Of a stretch of DNA of 62,180 bases, positions 1 through 11,454 are shown in pieces; the first letter of the stretch is position 1; each line of letters begins with the position of its first letter. The notes beneath the pieces were generated by a model. It saw only the letters and a program-made list of their open reading frames with translations, was not told the DNA's origin and searched no databases. The stretch lies in contig CABWZX010000003.1 of assembly GCA_902510025.1 (NCBI GenBank), forward strand, positions 1-62,180. The letters run 5' to 3'. Source of the DNA: an uncultured Pelagibacteraceae bacterium (GTDB lineage Bacteria; Pseudomonadota; Alphaproteobacteria; Pelagibacterales; AG-422-B15). Position numbers and translations under genes: made by a program.

Positions 1-1
1 T

Positions 2-1012
2 CTCGAGGAAGAGTACAAATCTCTTATTGAAGATGTAACTTTATGGGATGTTGCAGCAGAGCGTCAGGTGCAGGTTATAGGTGAAGATGCTGCTAAATTT
101 GTTCAATATTTAACACCTCGTAACTTATCAACTCTTAAAGATGGATTTTGTCGTTATGCATTCCTTACAGATGAGAATGGAGGAATAATTAATGACCCTC
201 TTATATTAAAATTTAATGATCAAAAATATTGGATCAGTTTAGCTGACTCAGACGCACTACTTTGGTGTAAGGGCGTTGCTTTATCAGGTCAGTTTAAGGT
301 TGAGATTAATGAACCAGAAGCTTGTCCACTATCTCTTCAAGGACCAAAATCGAAAGACTTGATGAAAAAAATATCTAACGATGATGAAGTGGTAATGGGT
401 CTCAAATATTATCAGTTTGTAGAAACAAGATTATTTGATTTAGATTTGGTTGTTGCAAGAAGCGGTTGGAGTAATCAATTTGGTTATGAAATATATATTA
501 CAAGAGAAGAAGATGGTGGTGCTCTATGGAGAGGTTTGATGGAAGCAGGTAAAGAATTTAAGATAGTACCTAGCTGTCCAAATCAGATTGATAGGATAGA
601 AGCAGGGATGATCTCTCATTTGGGAGATACCACCTTAGATGAAAATCCTTTAGAATTAAATTTGCCTAAATTTTATGATCTTGATCAAGAAGTTGATTTC
701 ATCGGTAAGAGGGCATTACAACAAATAAGAGAGAATGGTATTAAAAAACAATTTACAGGATTTAAAATATCTGGAAAAAAAATTGGATATAACATGTGTA
801 GAATTCCTGTAAAGGATGAGAATGATAAGCAATTTGGCTTTATTACAAGTTGTATCTATAGTCCAAACTTTGGTTGCAATATAGGACTTGGTTATATTGA
901 TATAGGATTGATTAATTCACAAAACAAATACATCAGTTTTCATGATGAAGAAAATAGAGAAGTTGAAGTTGTTCCCCTTCCATTCAGTTCTAGACTCGAA
1001 AAGATGAAATAA
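2..1012 (+). CDS. DMSP demethylase DmdA-like aminomethyltransferase (GcvT family), 5'-truncated by the window edge
   Basis: Frame is open from base 2 (LEEEYKSLIEDVTLWDVAAERQV), upstream of the ORF-track start at 68. Motifs WDVAAERQV, NDP, WISLADSD, QGPKS, ARSGWS, CPNQIDRIE and YSP are typical of DmdA/GcvT. Confidence 0.75.
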   Translation, partial: LEEEYKSLIEDVTLWDVAAERQVQVIGEDAAKFVQYLTPRNLSTLKDGFCRYAFLTDENGGIINDPLILKFNDQKYWISLADSDALLWCKGVALSGQFKVEINEPEACPLSLQGPKSKDLMKKISNDDEVVMGLKYYQFVETRLFDLDLVVARSGWSNQFGYEIYITREEDGGALWRGLMEAGKEFKIVPSCPNQIDRIEAGMISHLGDTTLDENPLELNLPKFYDLDQEVDFIGKRALQQIRENGIKKQFTGFKISGKKIGYNMCRIPVKDENDKQFGFITSCIYSPNFGCNIGLGYIDIGLINSQNKYISFHDEENREVEVVPLPFSSRLEKMK

Positions 1013-1025
1013 TAATTTTAATTAA

Positions 1026-1688
1026 TTATATTAATTCTTTTAATTTAGAGAAATTATTGATTACTAAATCAGCCTCATTATAGATTTCTGTATTTTCAGT
1101 GTATCCATATTCCATAAGCACTACAGGCATCCCAGCAGAGTGACCTGATTTTAAATCTGTAATACTATCACCAACCATTATTGATTCTGATGTTGAAATA
1201 TTTAGTTTTTCACAAATTTGAATTAACGGGAATGGGTCAGGCTTACTTTTTTGATAACTATCACCACCTGCCAAAAAATCAAATAGATGTAATACATCGA
1301 GTTTATCGAGCAATAAATTGCTAAGCTTTTCCATTTTATTTGTGCATACAGCAAGTTTGATATTTTTTTCTTTCAAATAAAGTAGAACATCTTCGACATT
1401 CTCAAAAAGTACACTATCATCATCAATATTATGAGTGTAATGAAGTAAAAAGATTTTAAGCATATCATTTATCTTTTTTTCATCGTGCTCTATTCCTTTG
1501 CTAACTGCAGTGCGTCTAATCAATTCTCTTGCGCCGTATCCTACTAAATTTCTAATTTCATCTAACTCAATTGTTTCTTCATTGATTTCACTCAACATAT
1601 AATTAAGAGAATTTTTGAAGTCTGGAGCAGTATCCACAAGGGTTCCATCCAGATCAAAAATGAAGAGTTTTTTGTTATAAAGATCCAT
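1026..1688 (-). CDS. gph: phosphoglycolate phosphatase (HAD family)
   Basis: FDLDGTLVDT, CTNK, KPDP and MVGDS HAD motifs. Divergent from glmU, as is usual in alphaproteobacteria. Start moved to MDLYNKK (1688). Confidence 0.85.
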   Translation of the reverse strand: MDLYNKKLFIFDLDGTLVDTAPDFKNSLNYMLSEINEETIELDEIRNLVGYGARELIRRTAVSKGIEHDEKKINDMLKIFLLHYTHNIDDDSVLFENVEDVLLYLKEKNIKLAVCTNKMEKLSNLLLDKLDVLHLFDFLAGGDSYQKSKPDPFPLIQICEKLNISTSESIMVGDSITDLKSGHSAGMPVVLMEYGYTENTEIYNEADLVINNFSKLKELI

Positions 1689-1763
1689 ATTTATGCGTAA
1701 GTCTTTGAAATAAATTTTTACGATACTTTTATTTTTATATTCGTTATTTTTCATCAAAATCCA

Positions 1764-3071
1764 ATGAAAAATTTAACTATTATTGTTCTTGCTGCTGGCA
1801 AAGGTACACGAATGAATTCATCTGTACCTAAAGTGTTCCAAACTCTAGGAGGAATACCACTAATTGAACATGCATTAAATTCTGCCAAAAAACTTAATCC
1901 CAAAGAGATTTTTCTTATTTTAAATAAAGATATAAGCAAAGAAAATTTTAAGAATGAAAAATTGGTTCATTGTTTTTACCAAAAGAAGCAATTAGGAACA
2001 GCAGATGCAGTTAAGGCATGTTTATCAGAACTAAAGAAAAGTAAAAATAAAATATTGGTAATGTACGCAGATGTCCCTTTTATTGATTCAAGAACTCTTA
2101 GGAATGTCATAAATATAAAATCTCCTAAAGAAATTAAATTATTAGCATTTAAAAAAGAGGAATATAATTCTTATGGAAAGATAATTCTTGGGACTAATGG
2201 TTTTGTTAATGAGATCATTGAACAAAGAGAATTAAGTACAAAAGATAGATATATTCTTTGCAATTCAGGAGTCTTCTGTAGCAATGCAAAGGTTTTTTCT
2301 CAATTATTACCAAAAATTAAGAATAATAATAAAAAGAAAGAATTTTATTTAACTGATATATTCAAAATTGCATCTCAAAATGATTTTTATACGAAAACGG
2401 TACTGGGAGAAGAAAAAGAGATTATGGGAATTAATGATAAAAAAGAACTAGCTCAGGCGGAAAAGATTTTACAAGAAAGTTTAAGAAATAAATTCTTAAA
2501 GAAGGGTGTAACTATGAAGGACCCGGATACTGTATATCTCTCAGCCGACACTAAGATTGGAAAAGATGTAACAATTTATCCTCATGTTTTTATTGGCGAG
2601 AATGTTTCAATATCAAGTGGAGCTATGATTTATTCCTTCAGTCATTTGGAAAATTGTAAAATAGGAAAAAATTCTAGTATTGGACCTTATGCAAGACTTA
2701 GACCTGGAGCAGATATTTCTGATGGAGCAAAAGTTGGAAATTTTGTAGAAGTAAAAAATTCAACTTTAGGTAAAGGCTCTAAAGCTAACCATTTAACATA
2801 TATTGGAGATGCGGTAATAGGTAAAAATGTAAATATTGGAGCAGGAACGATAACTTGTAATTATGATGGCAAGAAGAAACATAAGACAATCATAGAGGAT
2901 GATGCATTTATTGGATCGAATTCATCTATTATTGCGCCAGTTAAAATAGGAAAAAAATCATATATTGGTTCAGGCTCAGCTATTTCTAAAAATGTTAAAG
3001 ACAATTCATTAGCTGTTGAGCGCAGTACACAAATGGAAATAAAGAATTGGTCAAAAAAGGTTAAGAAGTAA
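1764..3071 (+). CDS. glmU: bifunctional UDP-GlcNAc pyrophosphorylase/GlcN-1-P acetyltransferase
   Basis: LAAGKGTRM, EFYLTD, GNFVEVK, HLTYIGDA, TCNYDG, hexapeptide repeats. Confidence 0.97.
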   Translation: MKNLTIIVLAAGKGTRMNSSVPKVFQTLGGIPLIEHALNSAKKLNPKEIFLILNKDISKENFKNEKLVHCFYQKKQLGTADAVKACLSELKKSKNKILVMYADVPFIDSRTLRNVINIKSPKEIKLLAFKKEEYNSYGKIILGTNGFVNEIIEQRELSTKDRYILCNSGVFCSNAKVFSQLLPKIKNNNKKKEFYLTDIFKIASQNDFYTKTVLGEEKEIMGINDKKELAQAEKILQESLRNKFLKKGVTMKDPDTVYLSADTKIGKDVTIYPHVFIGENVSISSGAMIYSFSHLENCKIGKNSSIGPYARLRPGADISDGAKVGNFVEVKNSTLGKGSKANHLTYIGDAVIGKNVNIGAGTITCNYDGKKKHKTIIEDDAFIGSNSSIIAPVKIGKKSYIGSGSAISKNVKDNSLAVERSTQMEIKNWSKKVKK

Positions 3072-4895
3072 ATGTGTGGCATTATAGGAATTGCAGGAAG
3101 TGAACCTGTATCTGCAAAAATAATTAAAGGTCTCAAAAAACTAGAGTACAGAGGGTATGACTCTGCTGGTCTTGCAATTTTTGACAATGATCAAATTAAA
3201 CAGAAGAAAGTTCAAGGAAAGTTATCAAATTTAATAAAATCTCTCGATGCTGATTCTATAGAAGGCTCTATTGGGATTGGGCATACTCGGTGGGCAACTC
3301 ATGGAGTTCCTTCAGAAACTAATGCGCACCCTCATTCATCCCCAGTAGTGTCGATAGTACATAATGGCATAATTGAAAATGCATCTGACCTAAAGAAAGA
3401 AGTAGAGGATAGTGATTATTTATTTATATCTGAAACTGATTCAGAAGTTATTACTGCTCTTCTTACAAGCTATTTAAATCAAAAGGTAAGTCATGTGGAT
3501 GCAGTCAAAAAAATGGTATCTAAATTAAAAGGATCATACGCTCTCGCCATTCTATTTAATGATTTAAAGGATACTATTGTAGGAGTAAAAAATGAAAGCC
3601 CACTGGTTGTTGGGCACGGCAAGTCAGGGTACTCAATCGGCTCAGATTCTATTGCTTTAAGTTCTATTGCAAACAAGGTTTGTTATCTTGAAGATGGAGA
3701 TATTGTTTTAATCAAAAACAATAACATAGAAATAATTAATCAATCTGGAGAAATTGCTAATCGAGAGTTTGTTGAAATAAATATATCTGAAGATGAAACA
3801 AATAAGGGTTCATACAATCATTTTATGGAAAAAGAGATCCATGAACATCCACAAGCTGTAGGTGAGACATTCAGGCAATTTATTGATCATGATAAAAGAA
3901 TCATTTCAGTAGACAGTATTGACTTAGATTTTTCTGATATTCCAAAAATACATTTAATTGCCTGTGGTACTGCATACTACTCATGTTTGGTAGCGAAGTA
4001 TTACTTCGAGCAATATGCAAGAATTTCAGTGGAGTGTGATATGGCTTCAGAATTTAGATATCGAGACCCTGTACTTGACTCTAAATCATTATGTATTTTT
4101 GTTTCACAATCTGGAGAAACAGCTGATACCAAGGCGGCATTAGATTATTGTAAGAGCGCAAAGATCAAAACACTAAGTATTGTAAATGTTAAAAACAGCT
4201 CAATTGCAAGGGAAAGTGACTACTGCCTATATACTAAAGCTGGAGTTGAAATAGGAGTAGCTTCTACAAAAGCATTTACAGCACAATTATCAGTGCTTTT
4301 ATCGATGGCAATCCATTGTGGAACAATCAATGAGAAGATCTCATTAGATGAAAATAAAAATATATGCCAAGAGATTATGCAGGCTCCTCAGTTAATAGAA
4401 AACGCAATAAAAAGATCATATGAGTTAAAAGAGACAGCAAAATCTATCGTTGATGCGAAGGGTGTTATGTATTTAGGTAGAGGGACCGCATTCCCATTGG
4501 CTTTAGAGGGAGCTCTTAAATTTAAAGAAATATCTTATATTCATGCTGAAGGATATCCCGCAGGAGAAATGAAACATGGACCTCTTGCTCTGATAGAAAA
4601 GGACCTCCCAGTTGTTTGTATTGTTCCTCCAGGTCCGTTATTCCATAAAACAATTTCCAACATTCAAGAAGTCATAGCTAGAGGGGGTAGAATTTTAATG
4701 ATTACTGATGACGATTCACTTCAGTCAGAATCTGAAAATATATGGCAAGTTTTTCGTCTACCTAACGTCCCCAAGTCTATCGAGTCTATTGTATATTCAA
4801 TTCCTATTCATATGCTTGCTTACTATACAGCAGTAGAACTTGGAAATGATGTTGACCAACCAAGAAATCTTGCCAAATCAGTCACAGTAGAATAA
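3072..4895 (+). CDS. glmS: glutamine-fructose-6-phosphate transaminase
   Basis: MCGI N-terminus, GHTRWATHG, SQSGET, C-terminal PRNLAKSVTVE. Confidence 0.98.
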   Translation: MCGIIGIAGSEPVSAKIIKGLKKLEYRGYDSAGLAIFDNDQIKQKKVQGKLSNLIKSLDADSIEGSIGIGHTRWATHGVPSETNAHPHSSPVVSIVHNGIIENASDLKKEVEDSDYLFISETDSEVITALLTSYLNQKVSHVDAVKKMVSKLKGSYALAILFNDLKDTIVGVKNESPLVVGHGKSGYSIGSDSIALSSIANKVCYLEDGDIVLIKNNNIEIINQSGEIANREFVEINISEDETNKGSYNHFMEKEIHEHPQAVGETFRQFIDHDKRIISVDSIDLDFSDIPKIHLIACGTAYYSCLVAKYYFEQYARISVECDMASEFRYRDPVLDSKSLCIFVSQSGETADTKAALDYCKSAKIKTLSIVNVKNSSIARESDYCLYTKAGVEIGVASTKAFTAQLSVLLSMAIHCGTINEKISLDENKNICQEIMQAPQLIENAIKRSYELKETAKSIVDAKGVMYLGRGTAFPLALEGALKFKEISYIHAEGYPAGEMKHGPLALIEKDLPVVCIVPPGPLFHKTISNIQEVIARGGRILMITDDDSLQSESENIWQVFRLPNVPKSIESIVYSIPIHMLAYYTAVELGNDVDQPRNLAKSVTVE

Positions 4896-4904
4896 ATTAC
4901 TCTT

Positions 4905-5600
4905 ATGGTAGCAACATTGACAAATGATGAAAATGTTTCGATCATCACTCTTGATGATGGAAAGGTAAATGTTTTTTCTCCTACAATGATAGAGGAGGTA
5001 AGTAATCTATTGGACAAAGTTCCGACTGATAAAGGGTCTCTTCTTATAGTTGGAAGAGAAGGAATTTTTTCAGCTGGATTTGATTTAAAAGTTTTGATGT
5101 CAGGTGATGCTGAAAAAGCTGTTGGCATGTTGAGGTCAGGCTTTGAAATGCTTTCAAGAATATTTTCTTTTCCAAGACCTGTCGTTGCAGCATGTTCTGG
5201 TCATGCAATTGCTTTGGGAGCTTTTTTATTATGTAGCTGTGATTACCGTGTTGGAACTAAAGGTAAATTTCAGATTGGAGCGAATGAAGTAAGAAACAAT
5301 ATGATTGTTCCGACACCAATTCTTGAGCTGGCAAAATTTAAACTTGCCAAGAATCATAAACAGAGAGCTCTTTTAAATGGAGAAATGTATTTAATAGAAG
5401 ATGCTGTTGCACCTGGTTATCTAGATGAAGTTGTTGAACCAGATAAACTAATAGAAACTGCTACAATCAAAGCAAAGGATTTATCTACGTTGGGTCATCC
5501 TTTCTATCACCAGACAAAGCAATTAGACCAAGAAGAGGTCATTAAGAAGATAAATTCAGGAATCGAGAAAATTACGGTTTCTGCGATAATGCCTAAATAA
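4905..5600 (+). CDS. crotonase/enoyl-CoA hydratase family protein
   Basis: DDGKVN, FSAGFDL, PVVAACSGHAIALG. Confidence 0.85.
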   Translation: MVATLTNDENVSIITLDDGKVNVFSPTMIEEVSNLLDKVPTDKGSLLIVGREGIFSAGFDLKVLMSGDAEKAVGMLRSGFEMLSRIFSFPRPVVAACSGHAIALGAFLLCSCDYRVGTKGKFQIGANEVRNNMIVPTPILELAKFKLAKNHKQRALLNGEMYLIEDAVAPGYLDEVVEPDKLIETATIKAKDLSTLGHPFYHQTKQLDQEEVIKKINSGIEKITVSAIMPK

Positions 5601-5688
5601 ATCAATAAAAATCAATAACTTTTGCTTCAATGCTAGAATTTTACTTTATTTAGTATTATAACCCACCCAAATCAAATAGTAGAAAAAT

Positions 5689-7068
5689 ATGGCTAAATGG
5701 TCTGTAAATAGTTGGAGAAATTTCGCAGCGAAACATCTGCCTGAATACCCTGATGCTGAAAAGCTAAAGAGTACGGAGGAGATGCTTAGAACCTATCCAC
5801 CTTTAGTATTTGCAGGTGAAGCAAGAGAATTAAAAAGAAATCTTGCTAAAGTTGCTGAAGGAAAAGCTTTTCTTTTACAGGGAGGTGATTGCGCTGAGAG
5901 TTTTGAAGATTTTAATGCAGATTACATAAGAGATACTTTTAAAGTTTTATTGCAAATGTCAGTGACATTAACTGCTGCAGGAAATTGTCCAGTAGTTAAA
6001 GTTGGAAGAATGGCAGGTCAATTTGCTAAACCGAGAAGTGCACCTAAAGAAGAAATAGATGGAGTAGAGTTAGACAGTTATAAGGGTGACATTATTAATG
6101 ATATGGAATTTACTACTGATTCAAGAGTTCCTGATCCTGAAAGAATGATCAGAGCTTATATGCAATCAGCTTCAACCTTAAACTTGCTTCGAGCATTTGC
6201 TAAGGGGGGTTTTTCTGATTTAAACAAAGTGCATCAGTGGAATATGGGTTTTGTCGATGATAGCTTACAAGGTCAGAAATATAGAGAGATTGCAAACAAA
6301 ATCTCAGACACTTTAGCTTTCATGGATGCTATTGGAATCTCATCAAAAAATACAAGAAGATTACGTGCAGTAGATTTTTATACAAGTCATGAAGCACTTT
6401 TACTTCCTTATGAAGAATGTTTAACAAGAACGGATAGTACTTCAGGTGAAGTATATGATACGTCAGCTCATATGGTTTGGATAGGCGATAGAACTCGTCA
6501 ACCTGATGGGGCGCATGTAGAGTTTTGTAGAGGTATTAAAAATCCAATTGGCATTAAGTGTGGACCAACACTGGATCCTAATGAGCTTAAAAAGCTAATT
6601 GATATACTTAATCCTGAAAATGAAGCAGGTAAGATCACTTTGATATGTCGTTTTGGTGCAGAAAAGGTTAATGAATTACTGCCTAAACTTATTAAGCCTT
6701 TTATCAAGACTGATTATAATCTTGTATGGTCTTGTGACCCAATGCATGGAAATACAACTAAATCAAATTCAGGCTTTAAAACTCGACCATTTGAGAGAGT
6801 TTTACATGAAGTTGAGTCATTCTTTGATATTCATCATGATATGGGAACATATCCTGGTGGAGTTCACTTAGAAATGACAGGACAGAATGTGACAGAATGT
6901 ATTGGGGGAGCTCAGGCTATTAAGGATGAGGATCTTTCAGCGCGTTATCATACACACTGTGATCCACGCTTAAATGCTAGCCAGGCAATTGAATTAGCCT
7001 TTTTAATATCTGATAAGCTTAGAGAATCCCAAGAACCAAGCAATTCTAAGATTACAATTGCCAAGTAA
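5689..7068 (+). CDS. class II 3-deoxy-7-phosphoheptulonate (DAHP) synthase
   Basis: [39 protein letters not shown]. Confidence 0.95.
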   Translation: MAKWSVNSWRNFAAKHLPEYPDAEKLKSTEEMLRTYPPLVFAGEARELKRNLAKVAEGKAFLLQGGDCAESFEDFNADYIRDTFKVLLQMSVTLTAAGNCPVVKVGRMAGQFAKPRSAPKEEIDGVELDSYKGDIINDMEFTTDSRVPDPERMIRAYMQSASTLNLLRAFAKGGFSDLNKVHQWNMGFVDDSLQGQKYREIANKISDTLAFMDAIGISSKNTRRLRAVDFYTSHEALLLPYEECLTRTDSTSGEVYDTSAHMVWIGDRTRQPDGAHVEFCRGIKNPIGIKCGPTLDPNELKKLIDILNPENEAGKITLICRFGAEKVNELLPKLIKPFIKTDYNLVWSCDPMHGNTTKSNSGFKTRPFERVLHEVESFFDIHHDMGTYPGGVHLEMTGQNVTECIGGAQAIKDEDLSARYHTHCDPRLNASQAIELAFLISDKLRESQEPSNSKITIAK

Positions 7069-7094
7069 TTACAACTAAATTATCTAGTTGTAGT
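7068..7094 (+). other. intergenic stem-loop between DAHP synthase and nadE
   Basis: TACAACTA-aattatc-TAGTTGTA, a perfect 8-bp inverted repeat extendable by G-U/A-U pairs; no U-tract. Confidence 0.45.
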
Positions 7095-7103
7095 ATCAGT
7101 AAA

Positions 7104-8759
7104 ATGTCAGAAAAATTATCTATATTAATTGCTCAAGCAAACCCAATTGTAGGGGATATTGATTACAACAAGAATATTGTTCTAGAAACTATTAATAAAT
7201 ATCACGACGTAGATCTTATTATTTTTTCTGAATTAATGCTTACAGGATATCCACCTGAAGATTTGGTTTTAAAATCTGCTTTTAAAAATAAATTTATGAG
7301 AGCATTAAAAGAGATTAATCAAAATTTAGAAGGTAAACATTGTACAGTTATATTAGGAATGCCTTGGGAGGAAGAATGTGGCTTATACAATGCAGCTGTG
7401 GTTTTACAGAATGGAAGTGTAGTTTATAAACATTTTAAAAATGCTTTACCTAATTATGGTGTTTTTGATGAAAAAAGAATTTTCTTACATGGAGAGGATG
7501 TTAATTCATTTAATTTAAAAGGAATAAATCTTGGAATATTTGTTTGTGAAGATATATGGGTTCATAATACAATTTCAAAGTTAAATGGAACAGGAATTGA
7601 TTTAGCAATTTCAATTAATGCATCTCCATTCGATATCAATAAGATGAATGAACGCCTAGAAGCGGCAACTTGTTTTTCTAAGGAGACAGGCGCACCTATT
7701 ATTTATGTTAACCAAGTTGGAGGCCAAGATGAGATTGTCTTTGATGGAAATTCATTTTTAGCAGATAAGAATGGGCTCATTAAGAGATTAAATTATTGTC
7801 AATCAGTTAATGAAAGGATTGATTTTAATTCTAATGATAAATCATTCTCATTGAGAACTGATCTAGAAGGAGAAGTGGATAATAATGATCTTATTTATTC
7901 TAATTTGATCCTTGGACTAAGAGACTATGTAAATAAGAATAAGTTTCCAGGAGTTGTGATTGGTATTTCAGGAGGAATAGATAGTGCTTTTAGTGCATCT
8001 GTTGCAACAGATGCATTAGGTCCTGATAGAGTAAAGGGAATTCTGATGCCCTCAAAATTTACGAGCAATGAAAGCAATGAAGATGCAAATCAGCTTGGAG
8101 ATAATCTTGGAATTGAATTAAAGAGTATTTCAATTGAAGAAATTGTTAAAGCTTATGACAGCACCCTAGATCCTTTATTTAAAGAGTCAAAAAAAGATAT
8201 TACTGAGGAAAATATTCAATCTAGAGCAAGAGGTTCATTATTAATGGCTTATTCAAATAAATTTGGACATATGGTCCTAACTAATGGAAACAAATCTGAA
8301 GTATCGGTTGGTTACTCGACCTTGTATGGTGATATGTGTGGTGGGTTTTCAGTAGTAAAAGATTTATATAAAAGCGAGCTCTACAAATTAGCTGAATGGA
8401 GAAATAATAATATTCCATCAAACTCTGTATTAGATAAAAAATCTTTAATTCCAGGAAATATTTTAACTAAAGAGCCTACTGCTGAATTAAAGCCAAACCA
8501 AATGGATAAAGATACTTTACCTCCTTATGAAGTGCTTGATAAAATTTTATATCTTCTTGTTGAAAAGGAGAGTTCTATTTCAGAAATAGTTGATTCAGGT
8601 TTTGAGGTCGATGTTGTTACAAAAGTACAAAATATGCTTTACAATTCTGAATACAAAAGAAGACAAGCAGCTCCAGGAGTAAAGATTTCTGAAAGAAATT
8701 TTGGTTATGATAGAAGGTACCCAATTACCAATGCGTTTAGAGATAGTAAAGGTTCTTAG
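7104..8759 (+). CDS. nadE: glutamine-dependent NAD+ synthetase
   Basis: Nitrilase domain (GYPPEDL, LPNYGVFDEKR, CEDIW) plus SGGIDS, ENIQSR, GYSTLYGD. Confidence 0.95.
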   Translation: MSEKLSILIAQANPIVGDIDYNKNIVLETINKYHDVDLIIFSELMLTGYPPEDLVLKSAFKNKFMRALKEINQNLEGKHCTVILGMPWEEECGLYNAAVVLQNGSVVYKHFKNALPNYGVFDEKRIFLHGEDVNSFNLKGINLGIFVCEDIWVHNTISKLNGTGIDLAISINASPFDINKMNERLEAATCFSKETGAPIIYVNQVGGQDEIVFDGNSFLADKNGLIKRLNYCQSVNERIDFNSNDKSFSLRTDLEGEVDNNDLIYSNLILGLRDYVNKNKFPGVVIGISGGIDSAFSASVATDALGPDRVKGILMPSKFTSNESNEDANQLGDNLGIELKSISIEEIVKAYDSTLDPLFKESKKDITEENIQSRARGSLLMAYSNKFGHMVLTNGNKSEVSVGYSTLYGDMCGGFSVVKDLYKSELYKLAEWRNNNIPSNSVLDKKSLIPGNILTKEPTAELKPNQMDKDTLPPYEVLDKILYLLVEKESSISEIVDSGFEVDVVTKVQNMLYNSEYKRRQAAPGVKISERNFGYDRRYPITNAFRDSKGS

Positions 8760-8762
8760 TTT

Positions 8763-10091
8763 ATGACAGTAACGACAAGATTTGCTCCAAGTCCTACAGG
8801 TTTACTTCATCTTGGTAACATAAGAACAGCTTTAATTAATTGGTTGTTTGCACGAACAAATAATGGAAAATTTATTTTACGTATTGATGATACTGACACG
8901 GAAAGATCAAAAGATGAGTATGTTTCTAAGATTAAATATGACTTAGAATGGCTAGGTATTGATTACGATGAAACCTTTAATCAATCCTCTCGCTTCGATG
9001 TTTACAAAGAAAGATTTGAATCTTTAAAAGATCAAGGGAGGATTTATCCTTGCTATGAAACTCCTGAGGAATTAGAACGCAAAAGAAAGCTTCAACTTGC
9101 TGCTGGAGGTAAACAAGTTTATGACCGTTCAGCTTTAAAACTTTCAGATCAGGAAAAGAGAGGTTTTGAAAGCGAAGGAAGAAAGCCTCATTGGAGGTTT
9201 TTAATGAAATCTGAAAGCATTAAATGGAATGATATTTTAAAAGGGGATATAGAAATTGATTTAACAAGTCTATCAGATCCTGTTCTCTTTAGAGAAGATG
9301 GAGTTCCACTTTATACATTTAGCTCAGCAGTTGATGATATAGATTTTAATGTCACTAATGTAATTAGAGGAGATGATCATACCAGCAATACTGCCGTTCA
9401 AATTGAACTGATCAATGCTCTAGATAAAAATAATTTAATTTTTGCTCATCATGCGTTATTGAAAGCTTCTTCGGGAGATAAATTATCTAAAAGAGATAAT
9501 GTCATTTCAATTGAAAGTTTTAGAGATTTAAATATTGAGCCTTTAGCAATATTGAGTTTACTTGCAACAATAGGAACTTCAAATTCTATTGAACTCAAAG
9601 ACAGTATTGATCAAATTATTAATGAATTTAAGATTAAAACAATATCTACTTCACCTGGGCGTATTGAAACTGACCTTTTAAATGCACTCAATAGGAAACT
9701 AATTCAGAATTATGATTTTGATACAGTTAAAGATCGATTAGAGAAAGTTGATAAAAAGATTGATGAAAAATTTTGGACAGCAATACGTGGAAATTTAAAT
9801 ACTGTAGAAGAAATTAAACAATGGACAGATATTGTATATGACAGCAAGATTATTGAGCCGAAAGATAAAGAATTTATTAGTACAGCAATTGATCTAATGC
9901 CTGAAGAACCATGGGATGATGATACTTGGGACCAATGGACCTCAGCAATTAAAGAAAAGACAAATCGTAAGGGTAAAGAACTATTTTTACCTTTAAGGGA
10001 AGCTTTTACTGGAGTAAGTCAAGGCCCTGAGATGAAAAAACTCATTCAGTTAATTGGTAGGGATAAGATTATTGAAAGAGTGAAATTGTAG
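8763..10091 (+). CDS. gltX: glutamate--tRNA ligase
   Basis: RFAPSPTG-HLGN, LRIDDTD, IRGDDH, KLSKR. Confidence 0.95.
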   Translation: MTVTTRFAPSPTGLLHLGNIRTALINWLFARTNNGKFILRIDDTDTERSKDEYVSKIKYDLEWLGIDYDETFNQSSRFDVYKERFESLKDQGRIYPCYETPEELERKRKLQLAAGGKQVYDRSALKLSDQEKRGFESEGRKPHWRFLMKSESIKWNDILKGDIEIDLTSLSDPVLFREDGVPLYTFSSAVDDIDFNVTNVIRGDDHTSNTAVQIELINALDKNNLIFAHHALLKASSGDKLSKRDNVISIESFRDLNIEPLAILSLLATIGTSNSIELKDSIDQIINEFKIKTISTSPGRIETDLLNALNRKLIQNYDFDTVKDRLEKVDKKIDEKFWTAIRGNLNTVEEIKQWTDIVYDSKIIEPKDKEFISTAIDLMPEEPWDDDTWDQWTSAIKEKTNRKGKELFLPLREAFTGVSQGPEMKKLIQLIGRDKIIERVKL

Positions 10092-10092
10092 A

Positions 10093-11454
10093 ATGACATT
10101 ACATCTTTACGATACATTTAGTAAATCTAAACGATTATTCGAACCAATTGATCCAGCTAATGTTAGGATGTATGTATGTGGTCCAACCGTTTATGATTAT
10201 CCTCATGTAGGCAATGCTCGTCCAGTCATTGTCTTTGATATTTTATTTAGGATTCTTCAACATATTTATGGTGAAAAGAAAGTGACATATGTTCGAAATA
10301 TCACTGATGTAGATGATAAAATTATTGCTACAGCAAAAGAGAATAATGAAGAAGTCAGGGATCTTACTGAAAGAACAATAAGTTATTTTAATGATGATTC
10401 AAATTATGTAGGAACTTTAAAACCAACAGTAGAACCTAAAGCTACAGATCATATCAGTGAAATGATTGAAATTATTGAAATATTAATCCAAAAGGAACTT
10501 GCATATGAATCAGAAGGAAATGTTCTATTTTCAACAAGAAAATTTAATGACTATGGAAAACTCTCTGGAAAGAATCTTGAAGATTTAATCGCTGGAGCTA
10601 GAGTTGAAACTGAAAGTTTTAAAAAAGATCCATCTGATTTTGTTTTATGGAAACCTTCTAAAGAAGGAGAACCTCAATGGGATAGCCCTTGGGGAAAGGG
10701 ACGTCCTGGATGGCACATAGAATGCTCAGCAATGAGCAATAAGTACTTAGGAAATAATTTTGACATTCATGGAGGAGGACAAGATTTGATTTTTCCGCAT
10801 CACGAGAATGAAATTGCTCAAAGTCAATGTGCTCATGGAGAAGTTTTTTCTAATTACTGGGTTCATAATGGATTTGTGACCGTCGAAGGTGATAAAATGG
10901 CAAAGTCAGAGGGAAATTTTGTAACTGTTAATCAATTAAAAGACAGGTATCAAGGTGAGGTTATTAGGCTAACCATGATGCTGACTCATTACCGCCAGCC
11001 ATTAAACTGGACAGAAGAAAATTTAAAGGAATCAAAAAAAATATTGGATAAGTGGTATAATTTTATTTCTGACTTTGAAACAAAAAATCCTAAGTCAGAA
11101 AATGTATCGAATGAAGTATTAAATTCATTGTATGATGATATTAATACACCACAAGCAATTGCCGATCTTCATAAAATATTTAAGAACTGCAAGAATAATA
11201 ACCAAGATTCTATTGATTTATTTTTAAACTCAGCACAGTTCATTGGCTTAATGAACAATAATCCTTCTGACTGGGTTAATTGGGGGAAAGAAAGTTCGAT
11301 CGATGAGAAGCAGTTAGAAATTTTGATAAAAAAAAGAGATGAGGCAAGAGCAGAAGGAAAATATGAAGATGCTGATAAAATAAGAGATGAGATTGAAAAT
11401 ATGGGTATTATTTTAGAAGATAAAGATGGAAAAACTTCCTGGAGATTAAGATAG
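10093..11454 (+). CDS. cysS: cysteine--tRNA ligase
   Basis: [32 protein letters not shown]. Confidence 0.97.
   Translation: MTLHLYDTFSKSKRLFEPIDPANVRMYVCGPTVYDYPHVGNARPVIVFDILFRILQHIYGEKKVTYVRNITDVDDKIIATAKENNEEVRDLTERTISYFNDDSNYVGTLKPTVEPKATDHISEMIEIIEILIQKELAYESEGNVLFSTRKFNDYGKLSGKNLEDLIAGARVETESFKKDPSDFVLWKPSKEGEPQWDSPWGKGRPGWHIECSAMSNKYLGNNFDIHGGGQDLIFPHHENEIAQSQCAHGEVFSNYWVHNGFVTVEGDKMAKSEGNFVTVNQLKDRYQGEVIRLTMMLTHYRQPLNWTEENLKESKKILDKWYNFISDFETKNPKSENVSNEVLNSLYDDINTPQAIADLHKIFKNCKNNNQDSIDLFLNSAQFIGLMNNNPSDWVNWGKESSIDEKQLEILIKKRDEARAEGKYEDADKIRDEIENMGIILEDKDGKTSWRLR

Noticed and set aside
4860-4910. attTn7-type site at the glmS 3' end
   Set aside because: The crotonase gene starts 9 nt later; no transposon ends or tns genes seen.
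5595-5620. AAATCAATAA direct repeat, plus other short AT-rich repeats (e.g. 23985-24020, 35761-35783)
   Set aside because: Short and AT-only, so expected by chance; no CRISPR-like periodicity anywhere in the window.
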